NCBI GenBank assembly: GCA_019828565.1 | Contig: JAHDYR010000017.1 | Coordinates: forward strand, 185,360-249,359 | Direction of reading: 5' to 3' | Source: Carpediemonas membranifera BICM | Lineage: Eukaryota; Protista; Fornicata | Length of the DNA: 64,000 nucleotides | The notes under the pieces: generated by a model | Told to the model about the DNA's origin: nothing | Database searches by the model: none | Seen by the model: the letters and a program-made list of their open reading frames with translations, nothing else | Made by a program: the position numbers and the translations under genes | Part shown: piece by piece, positions 43,520 through 52,320 of the stretch | Layout of the letters: the number at the start of each line of letters is the position of its first letter | How positions within the stretch are numbered: the stretch's first letter is position 1

Positions 43520-46458
43520 TTAATTTTTAGCGACACCCGCGCCAGCATTGACTAGCGCCTTCACAACCGCGGAATGATCCGATACATCAAGGGACCCGAT
43601 CTTCCGCTCGCCCATGGTGATGCCACACCAGCATTGCACGGCAGGCACGAGCGCCCGACGCACACCGAGGGCTTTCCCGCTCGACCCGAGATTATCAGCG
43701 GGGGCGCCTCTCATCCCGTCAGCAAGCATGTTAAGGATGACGTCGATGTGCTTGACGACCTCCTGCGGCACGACGTCAGTGCCAAGCAGTGCGGCGTGGG
43801 TCGTGGTCCTAATTCTCTCAATCAGCACTGACGGGTCGACCACCCCCGTGTTCCACTGACTCTTGGCCGAGTATGACGTGGCGAACATCGTGTCGTAAAC
43901 AGGCACACCCTCAGGCGACTCCAGCTTCTTTGTAACGAGGATGAAACCGACGAGCTGGGTCGAGTGGCCCATTCCAAGGGTGGGTGCATTGATGCGGTAC
44001 AACGTCGGCTGTTCCCTTATTTGGTTACCCAAGGGGGTGTAGCTCGAGGCCTGCACTTCGCCCAAGTACTGCCGCGCCTGCTCATAAATGGACTCTGGCA
44101 CTGTCCGGGGTCTCTCCCACCGGTTGTTGAACATTGTCTCCCGAGACTGGGTCAAGGGGATCATGTCACCGTAGTCAAACCGCGGCATAGCTGGGGGCGA
44201 CATGGCGCGGTTGGCCGTGATGGTGAGAGAGTGCTTCTTCGTGCTAATGACGCCCTTCACGGTCGTCTGGTCGACAGGATAGGGCAGTACCGCGTTCAGC
44301 GTGTGCTTGTACTTATCTGCGCCAGTCAACTCGACGGAAATCCGGTTAACTGCACCCCCACCCCGCTGGTCGACTTTGAACCCAGTCACTTGCGGCTGGA
44401 GTGACACTGCTAGAGTCAGCCGAGTCTCGTGCTCGGTACACACTGCCTGGTGCGTCCGACTGAACGAAAGAACTGACGGGACAAGGTCTTGGGCAGCCTC
44501 GGTCTCTGGGCCGGGGCCGCGCCAGTTGTCGATAATCAGAGCATTGCCCTCGCTTCCAGTGAAGCCCACTGTGAATGTCAGACTCGGCTCGGCATTGAAA
44601 CACTCCTTGCCGATGGGAACAAGCATGGTCAGAGAGATGTGATCATCATCCTTAAACTGCGAATCGAGGGAAATCAAATCACTCATCAAATATGGGGTCT
44701 GGTCCATCATGTCGATCTGCCTCAGGGGCTGGGTGAAACCTGTCACTACGCCAAGCATGGGCCTCTCTGCAGCCAGCAGAGGCAGCCTGTCGGCGTCCGG
44801 TATTCTTATCATAACGGGAGTGAGTGGTGGGTGAAGCCCAGGCATGAACACCGCCGCCACGAGTCTAGCAGCATCGACTGCTCCCGCTGCTCTAAGCTGC
44901 GCGACGAGTCTCCCGTCCGGCATGGTAAGTCTCCCCATGGCGACTCCGTTGGCCAGGATATGAGCGAGACAGCCCAGCCCAGGGCCGTCAGTGGGGAGCA
45001 TGCGCTCGTCAGCGTCGACCACGGCCAGTCTGACGCATGCCTGTGCGAGGGAGCAGACTTCGCGAGAGAGGGGCTCGGCTCCGACATCGAAGGGGACGGT
45101 GGTCTTCCGGGTGGGGCGCATAAACAGCGCGATCTGGTGACCGTCCTCGAGCTTTGGTGTCGCGTCCATGCATACGGCGGTATATGCCTGCTCATGGGGG
45201 AAATGGACGCCGAGCAGCGTGTGGTGGTGCTCCGGCTTAACACCAAGCGAGTCTCGACCAGTGAGCATGTCCACATCGGCCAAACACTCTGGCACAATGG
45301 CTCTGGCGAACCCAGCGGATCTGTTCATGAGTCTGGCAACAATGAGGGTAGCTGGGAGCAGACCGTGGCACTCGACGAACCCGCCCAGCTCTACGTAATC
45401 AAACTTCTCACGGAACGGCTGCTTGTAGAATGTCAGCGCGTCTGAGCAGTGTATTGTGACTGAGACCGCCTTCCGCATTGCCGCAATGGAGAAAGAGATG
45501 AGTCTCTTTCTAAACGTCGCGACCATCCGCTTGACGAGGGCCGTGGCCGACGTGTACTCGCCCCAGGTCACCCCTGCGAAGGAGAAGGACCTGGTTGGTT
45601 GGGCATTCGGTGCTACGAAGTGGCCCTCGGGGACGTAGGCTGGGTTCGTCATCTCCCACTCGGGAAGAGCGATGGGCAGGGCCACCTCGGGCGGCACAGT
45701 CTGCGAGGCGGTGTTGTCGTGGATGAATGCGACCAGGGCGCCCTGGTATGGCTCGGCATAGTGGTCTGTGGCGAACTCTTCTTCAATGCGGCCGACTTCT
45801 TCGTAAACTTCATGGACGTCGATGGCCTCGTACATGTCCGGCGGGATGCACTCAGCCTGCTCATCAGCGATGTCGTTGAGCCCGTCCTCGGCGTCCACTG
45901 AGGCGTCAACCTCGGCCCAGCGTGTCCAGTGGGCCTGGAGCTCGGACCAGAGCGAGTCTGACCCGAAGTGAACGAGGGTTCCTGCTTCCTTCTGTCTGAA
46001 CTGGTCGAGCTTCATCTTACTGAGCTCCGTGCACGTGTCCCGAAGCCGTATGAGATGCTCGTGGGAGATTAGACGGCAGTACCAGAGTCTGAAGAAGAAT
46101 GCAACGTCCTCCGTGGACTGCTTGCCCTTTTGTTCACTCAGCATGTACAGGATAAGCACAGACTTAGCGGCATGGAAGGTGTCATCGAACTGCATGTGCG
46201 CGTCAAGTTCCCGGATCGTGCGGCTGCGCATGCTGCTAATCGTGTGGAATATAGTGGACAAATCGAGCGATAGCATCTGTAGGACAGAGGCCTTCTGCTC
46301 CTTCTCGATCTTCGGGGTGATATAGGCCAGCATGTTGGACGGCGGGCAATTGGCATATGGGAAGAAGAACTTTGGCCGGTGCTGTGTTCCAAACTGTATG
46401 AATAGTGTGAAAATGGACGAACTGGAACTGTATACCGGCTCACGGGTATGGTGGCCAT
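43520..46458 (-). CDS. Large hypothetical protein, DUF4470-like N-terminus, intron 46394-46422
   Basis: 29-nt GTTCGT..TACAG intron joins MATIPVSRYTVP|FGTQ to the long ORF; FFPYANCPPSNML...HAAKSVLILYML resembles DUF4470 proteins (tentative). Confidence 0.65.
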
Positions 46459-46694
46459 CTCGTCGTATTGAAGAGACGCAGTTTAACCCAAGCTGCAGTG
46501 GATGGAGTAGGACGGCCAAGACAGGCTCCTTGCCAGTATGTATGAGACTTTTAACGCAATGCTTGGAGTTCAACGTGCGAACGAATCGGAACGCCCGTCT
46601 GTTCGAGGAAATGAACAAAAGGCCTGGAAGCGAATGAATTCGATGCGCCGAGTACTGTGAACGTTCTACATCAACGCAGAGTCACTTTTTAATC

Positions 46695-46730
46695 TGTTGC
46701 GCAGTATAAACAGATTGTTCGAAGCCTCCA
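46695..46730 (+). repeat. Direct repeat copy 1 (3' side of Fanzor B); overlaps hairpin 46691-46716
   Basis: TGTTGCGCAGTATAAACAGATTGTTCGAAGCCTCCA; 30/36 identical to 47781-47816. Confidence 0.85.
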
Positions 46731-46774
46731 GACAGGGCCTGAAAGGAACGATCAAAGTGCCAAACTGCACAACA

Positions 46775-47630
46775 TCATCCGTCCGTAGATGAATGTTGGC
46801 GGTTAACCAATTGATGATACTGGAATGATGTTGGAAGGCGCGGGATCGAGGTGCGACTGAATGGAGAGCCACCGAGCTCATCTTCCGTGGCAAGAGAACG
46901 CCACAGGATGTTCTCTGCAGCACTCTTGTCCCGATGATCAACATTCAGAGCATCAGGAACTGTTGCGCGCCACTGAGCACCACGGCACTGTGGATTTTCG
47001 CAGAGCATCACACGTTGTGGGTGAACGTGCTGGTCATCACGCGGACGAACTCGCTTGTAGGGGGCGTGGCAGTGAGGGCAGACGACGGTGGTGCGGTCCT
47101 CGTTAACCATGTTAAGATCGACGACAATGTTATACCCCTTGAGAAGGGGTACTATCTCTCTCGCGAACTTTCGATATGGCGCGCAAGGAATGAACATACC
47201 AGCAGGCGTGGTGAATCCCGAGCTCCCGTAGAAGACTTTCAGGCGAATGGGGGTGGCGATGGGATGGTGGCGACCGAACTCCCGAGCCAACTGTTGGCCG
47301 CAGCGGGCGAAGTGCTTCTGGCGAAGGATGTGGTTCGCAAAGCGCACTAGGCGGAAAGACTTACGCATTCCAGCCTCGAAAATGTCGTTCGCGTTGTCCA
47401 GCACAAACCTAATAGTTGTTGATACTCACTAGTCTTGTGCTCTTGAACGACGCGGCCGTCATATCGAAGCCGAAACTTGGCGTCTTAGTGTATCCGCACT
47501 TTGGAAGGACGCCGGAGCTGGTGGTGCCATCGGGGTGCCTGATGTAATACCCTCCGATGGACCTCGCGCCCGGGTCGAACCCCATGAGGTGGGCATCAGG
47601 ATCCGGCGCGGGCGGAGCCTCGGCATTATT
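46775..47630 (-). pseudogene. N-terminally truncated Fanzor (TnpB-like RuvC nuclease) with a frameshift at ~47415
   Basis: Reads AEAPPAPDPDAHLMGFDPGARSIGGYYIRHPDG...KCGYTKTPSF...AASFKST, then shifts to IRFVLDN...FANHILRQKHFARCG...VFYG...CAPYRKFAR...VNEDRTTVVCPHC...MLCENPQC...HRDKSAAENILW; collinear with 52301-54229. Confidence 0.85.
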
Positions 47631-47780
47631 GGATGTGGAATAGAAGACAATGAGACGACGTGTGAGCGATTGTGATGTTTGCAGCTGTGCTGACGTCCAC
47701 GAAGAAGACGCTTTGTGGAAGCCCTGGAGAAGACGATCTCCCTACCGACTTAAGACGTGAGTAGGAGGGAGACAGGGCAG

Positions 47781-47816
47781 TGTTGCGCAGTATAAACACA
47801 TTGTTGGACCCTTCAA
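47781..47816 (+). repeat. Direct repeat copy 2 (5' side of Fanzor B)
   Basis: TGTTGCGCAGTATAAACACATTGTTGGACCCTTCAA; first 25 nt match copy 1 at 24 positions. Confidence 0.85.
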
Positions 47817-47895
47817 TAGCACATAATCGCCCATCCAAACCTGCTCGAAAGCAGATCGCTGCTCATCTGAAAGGACCATCCAAGTCGGAATAGAA

Positions 47896-48843
47896 ATGGC
47901 CGAACAACAGTCCCAGCAGTCTCGTATTCTCAAACTGATGAAATATGTCCCTCCTTTAACCCAGTTACTGATCATTCTGAACGTTGTTGGCTATCTCCTC
48001 TCCTGGATTCCAGGATGCACCTATGTGTTCGCCCTTATTCCAGCAAATACCACTAGGAACTTCATGCCGTGGAATGTGATCACAGGGCCAATGTATGAGA
48101 CCCATTTCATCGAGCTCGTAGTGAACGTCGTCGCCGTGGGAGTGGCTGGCTCGATCCTCGAGCGGCTATGGGGTTCCTTTGAGTTCCTCCGCTACTTTGT
48201 CTCTATATGGCTTGCCTGCGGCATTGGTGGGTTCATTCTCGCGGTCATTTTCTTCATTCTCACAATGGACGAGGAGATCCTCACTCGCGCCTACTTAGGG
48301 TCAACGGGCATCACCATGGGCATGCTAGTAGCACTCAAGACTACTCCCATTGCGAATAACACGTATACCCTCGGCAAGCTGACCCTCAGGGTTGAGATCC
48401 TTCCCCTGACATTCCTCGCCGTCTACACTGTGGTCGGGCTGACCTTCATGCGCCATATCCCCATCTTCGTATGGATCGGTGCGGTATACTCGCTAGTCCA
48501 CCTCCAGTTCTTCCACGGGAAGACTGGGGCTGGAGCGGGGCTGTCGATACTCCCGGAGACGCTTCAGCCTCACGCCGACAGGATTAGAGACTCACTCCAC
48601 GGGCCGGTTGACCGGGCGGCTGGTGTCTTCGCCCGCTGGGGTCGAATGGATGAGGACACCCGTGGGGGTAGGTTTATGAAGAGCATTATTACATACGACG
48701 TCCCACCCTCACCCAGCGCCCACGGCGAGTTGTATTTGAACGACGGGGAGGAGACTGACGCGGAGACCAGGCGGCAGCGGGCGTTGGCCAGGGTCCAAGA
48801 AAGGGTCAGGCAGCGGACGGGGGAGGTCGAGTCGATCGTTTGA
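47896..48843 (+). CDS. TMEM115/DUF1751 rhomboid-like membrane protein
   Basis: ALIPANT...PWNVITG, GSILERLWGSFEFLRYF, MLVALK, C-terminal AETRRQRALARVQERV. Confidence 0.78.
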   Translation: MAEQQSQQSRILKLMKYVPPLTQLLIILNVVGYLLSWIPGCTYVFALIPANTTRNFMPWNVITGPMYETHFIELVVNVVAVGVAGSILERLWGSFEFLRYFVSIWLACGIGGFILAVIFFILTMDEEILTRAYLGSTGITMGMLVALKTTPIANNTYTLGKLTLRVEILPLTFLAVYTVVGLTFMRHIPIFVWIGAVYSLVHLQFFHGKTGAGAGLSILPETLQPHADRIRDSLHGPVDRAAGVFARWGRMDEDTRGGRFMKSIITYDVPPSPSAHGELYLNDGEETDAETRRQRALARVQERVRQRTGEVESIV

Positions 48844-49017
48844 TAAATATGAGGCAGGGTAGTGGGGGTGGTGTTGGCCAGCGCCGTGGCCGGTAGGGGG
48901 CCTGTTATGCCCACTATGATACGCTTCACACCCATCAGTCGATCTAGAAGACCGAAGGAATGACGTCAAAATGACTCGCAGTTTAACCCCTCGAAATCTT
49001 CACTAGCACCAAAACAG

Positions 49018-51105
49018 ATGTTTCACCGGGTGCTCCCATCCGTGGGCAACGCCCCTAACACACATATAGTAGATATCCTTCATGGGATTTCCCAACGGAA
49101 GAACTTTGGCTTCAGTCAAATGAAAGTGCTTGTAGAACTCCTCAACTTGGCAGAATCGATCAAAATTGGCCATAACTACAAGACAAATGCACAGAGACGC
49201 ACTAGAGACCCACTGCTCGATCTCCCCAAGAAGACGATCGAACGCCTCGGCGAAGCAGCACTGAGCTGTCCACAGACTCTCGCACGCACTGGACTTGACA
49301 GAGTTGTTGTTGGCATCCTCTCTGAGCACTTCGTGGCCCTGGGCAAGGCTGCCATGGAGAGCATGTACGGCTCTGACTTGAACTCTTTCATTGACGCTGT
49401 CCAGCGTATTTGTCTCGCCACTCCTGGTCGACACCTTGATATTTTCTCAATATACTCCTGGAACCTCCTAGTCACGCGTCTGTTTGTCCATCCCGTTTCC
49501 TTCCAGTACGCTACGATCATTATCGCGAATATCTCTTCTCTCGACAAGACCCGCGTCCTCCCCGAATGTGACTCAAGCCTCCAGTCTGCCTTCCACGGGG
49601 TGACCTTCAGACTAGACCTATTCCCAGCCACAATGCTCGCTCTCCTCTCCGGGGCTCGACCCACGCCACTATCCCGACTCTCTTACGTCCTATACAGCGC
49701 ATGTTGCGAGGACGGCGTGCTCTACTCTTCCTCGGGGAATATACAGAACGTGCGGAGGGCAAGGCCCCCCAGGAGAATCGGGGTACACCAGTATTCTCGG
49801 AACACCGCAGTGCTGATTCCAGTAATACCCCTGCTTGCCCATAGAATGACCGCTATCGTCAAGGCACTCGCGATACCAGTGCCACAGGTGCTAAGAGATG
49901 ATGTAAGCAAGGCAACACCGAGATCCGGGCAAATCTTAGATATGATTCACGGTTACCAAGATTGGGAAGATCTTGTTAAGCCCGATTCTTCCGCCGCCCT
50001 CCTCCTTGCCCTCTCGCACTCGACACAGGACCGCGTGAACATCGTCCAGTGCATCTCCGTGATGCTCTTTGCCACGGGTCCCGTTCGTTGGATCCACCCC
50101 TATTTTGTCAGATCTGGTCTGATTCCATCATTGCATATGACGCTGCTCCATGCTGACTGGAGTGAGTTCAAGCTCTCGAACGACTCTTATTCTAATAACT
50201 TTGGCGTTGTAATGACTTCACTTCGATGTCTATTCTTTTTATGCGAGAAAACAGCTCCGGGAAGCTTAGACACGCGCCCATTTTTCACACCAGGCGAGCT
50301 GACCAAGCTTAGAAGAGTAGTTGCACCAGATCACACTGCGACAGGCTGTGTGGATGGCCCAATGGGACTCTTACGACTCGCCGTGTATCATTATATTCGT
50401 CTTGACGGTGGCACTATCGCCATGCATCTTGGAAACTTCTTGACCATGATTTTACGATCGACCGCTTTTAATGACAATTTAGTATGCTGCAGACTTGGGC
50501 TATCGGCCCATCTAGTAGCCTCCCTCCAGTCCTTCGAGGTCGAGGAGGGTGGGCTGCCGTCCAACGATGTTCAGTCAAAGTTTGACCTCCTCTCATGTCT
50601 CGTGTGGATGTCACCAGAGTGTATCGATTACATCAGTAGATCTCATGACCGCTCTGTCTTGACAAGAGTGATGGCAAATGCCATGGAACACACCCTGGCG
50701 GGCACAGTGCTGCTCAGGAACCTACTGATGACGATGCGGCACTTCTCTCGTGTGGCGGGGCCGATGGTTGAATTCATCAATGATCATTTGATTGAAATCA
50801 CCCGCCGGATGTTTACGACGGTCCCTATCACGTGTTTGAAGCGGGACTCTGTGTGCATCCTCAACAGCGCAGCCATTTTCATTCACCACTTGACAACAAT
50901 TGGACTATTTGACGACTTCATTTCTTCTGCCCCGACCGACTTGGTCTATCAGACCCTGGATGTCTGGTCTCGGTACCTGCCCACTGACTGGAAAGACATG
51001 GCTTCTTTCCATGGTGCGATGATTACTGAGGGCGGGGTCCAACGTCTGGTGGAGTGCGTGCTTGGTGTCAAGGGCCGTGTAGCGGAGGTTATCAGGCGGG
51101 TGTGA
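49018..51105 (+). CDS. Helical protein, probable TRPC4AP/TRUSS homolog
   Basis: 695-aa ORF; LIPSLHMTLLHADW, CRLGLSAHLV and QSKFDLLSCLV recall TRPC4AP motifs (divergent, tentative). Confidence 0.55.
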   Translation: MFHRVLPSVGNAPNTHIVDILHGISQRKNFGFSQMKVLVELLNLAESIKIGHNYKTNAQRRTRDPLLDLPKKTIERLGEAALSCPQTLARTGLDRVVVGILSEHFVALGKAAMESMYGSDLNSFIDAVQRICLATPGRHLDIFSIYSWNLLVTRLFVHPVSFQYATIIIANISSLDKTRVLPECDSSLQSAFHGVTFRLDLFPATMLALLSGARPTPLSRLSYVLYSACCEDGVLYSSSGNIQNVRRARPPRRIGVHQYSRNTAVLIPVIPLLAHRMTAIVKALAIPVPQVLRDDVSKATPRSGQILDMIHGYQDWEDLVKPDSSAALLLALSHSTQDRVNIVQCISVMLFATGPVRWIHPYFVRSGLIPSLHMTLLHADWSEFKLSNDSYSNNFGVVMTSLRCLFFLCEKTAPGSLDTRPFFTPGELTKLRRVVAPDHTATGCVDGPMGLLRLAVYHYIRLDGGTIAMHLGNFLTMILRSTAFNDNLVCCRLGLSAHLVASLQSFEVEEGGLPSNDVQSKFDLLSCLVWMSPECIDYISRSHDRSVLTRVMANAMEHTLAGTVLLRNLLMTMRHFSRVAGPMVEFINDHLIEITRRMFTTVPITCLKRDSVCILNSAAIFIHHLTTIGLFDDFISSAPTDLVYQTLDVWSRYLPTDWKDMASFHGAMITEGGVQRLVECVLGVKGRVAEVIRRV

Positions 51106-51203
51106 GGGTTGGGTGTTTGAATAGTGAGGGGTGGTTCTTGTTTTAAAGCAGTCTCTTGTTTGTTTAAAGGGTGTTTGCGATTTGGACTTTAAAGAGATAT
51201 TTA

Positions 51204-52124
51204 TTACACGATGTCACCCTCTATGCGCTTAATCTGCACGGCCATGCCCCTGCCGACCAGTTCCATGGTCTTTCTCACCACACCATCGTACTGCCTCCAT
51301 GTGGCGAGGGTACCCCAGAACACCAGTGAAGCGCACGCAGCCCCCAGTAAAGAGCCGGAAAGCACGTCTGTCGGGAAGTGGTGGTTGTCTAGGGTCCGCG
51401 TGATACCGACCCACGCAGGGAAGAGCAAGGGTGTTGTCAGCAGTGAGGCTGTTACCACCACGGGGATGGAATGAATGGCGATGAAGATCGCTCGGCGGGT
51501 GTTGAGAACCACTGTGGCCAGATGAGGGTGGCCTTTTGATGTCGGTCTGCAGTGCGTCTTTGCGAGGTAGAGGAGGAAGAACCAGAGGAAGCAAGTGAGG
51601 CTGAGGCCGACAGACCAGGAGAGGGAAGAGTGGCCGCTCGGCCAAGACAGCCGGCCCTCGAAGATGGTGGTGGCATAGCCGGTGCAGACTCCGTCGACCG
51701 GCTGACAGCGGTCGAGGAAGTCGGGACGGAGGCGGCCGGCGGCGAGCTTCAGGGCATTCGTGAGGAACATTGTGAGGGTGAAAGAGATGTCGGGGGCTAC
51801 TGCGAAGAGTGGTGCGGCAGGACCAACGGCAGGGGAGGCGTAGCCGAGCAGGGCGATGCCGAGCATGCCGTAGTTCTTGACCTTTCGATACAAAGAGCCG
51901 TTAACGATGCTTGGCTGGTGTTCTTTGGATATTGAAGAGTCTTTGACGTCGAAAGGGCGTTCAACAAGCCATTCGGCGTGGTCTTGAGGGAATGAGTTGG
52001 CTGGAGAGTACAATAGCTGTGATATCACAAGGAGAAAGATGCTGAGGATCAAGAAGCTAATATATGGCAACAATATGATGAGTAGTGCCTTCGATCGCTG
52101 TTTGTATTCGTCTTTCACGCTCAT
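51204..52124 (-). CDS. PAP2 lipid phosphate phosphatase (DPP1-like)
   Basis: KLAAGRLRPDFLDRC, SWPSGHSS, TRTLDNHHFPTDVLSG; first ATG at 52124. Confidence 0.92.
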   Translation of the reverse strand: MSVKDEYKQRSKALLIILLPYISFLILSIFLLVISQLLYSPANSFPQDHAEWLVERPFDVKDSSISKEHQPSIVNGSLYRKVKNYGMLGIALLGYASPAVGPAAPLFAVAPDISFTLTMFLTNALKLAAGRLRPDFLDRCQPVDGVCTGYATTIFEGRLSWPSGHSSLSWSVGLSLTCFLWFFLLYLAKTHCRPTSKGHPHLATVVLNTRRAIFIAIHSIPVVVTASLLTTPLLFPAWVGITRTLDNHHFPTDVLSGSLLGAACASLVFWGTLATWRQYDGVVRKTMELVGRGMAVQIKRIEGDIV

Positions 52125-52149
52125 TGCAAATAAGGGGTCCGGCGACGCA

Positions 52150-52320
52150 GGGTAAGTGTGCCACGCAGGATAAGAATACTTGAGTCCAAAACACACAGTG
52201 ATCCGAGCAGCATCAGGATCGCAGTGTGGTTCATCATACTCTATCAATCGTGCGCTGCATATCACGCGCGCTGCAGCGCGTGCTTGCTCAACTTAGCAAG
52301 TTAATGATAGCGAGGAAGAG
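52150..52320 (-). ncRNA. Candidate Fanzor omega-RNA (scaffold + 3' guide); boundaries unknown
   Basis: Immediately 3' of the Fanzor stop, with consecutive stem-loops at 52283-52300, 52263-52282 and 52192-52228; position is as expected for an omega-RNA, expression is unproven. Confidence 0.5.

Larger units (their letters stand above)
46691..47816 (-). mobile_element. Non-autonomous, internally deleted Fanzor element (copy B)
   Basis: RuvC half of a Fanzor gene bracketed by 36-bp imperfect direct repeats; AGACG-rich left flank like that of copy A; exact termini not determined. Confidence 0.65.

Noticed and set aside
46695-47816. Repeat pair read as a CRISPR array
   Set aside because: Only two copies about 1.1 kb apart enclosing a gene fragment; no regular repeat-spacer period and no cas genes.
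52125-52265. N-terminal extension of PAP2 given by the ORF track
   Set aside because: Begins at a non-ATG codon and overlaps the structured Fanzor 3' flank; the first ATG is at 52124.
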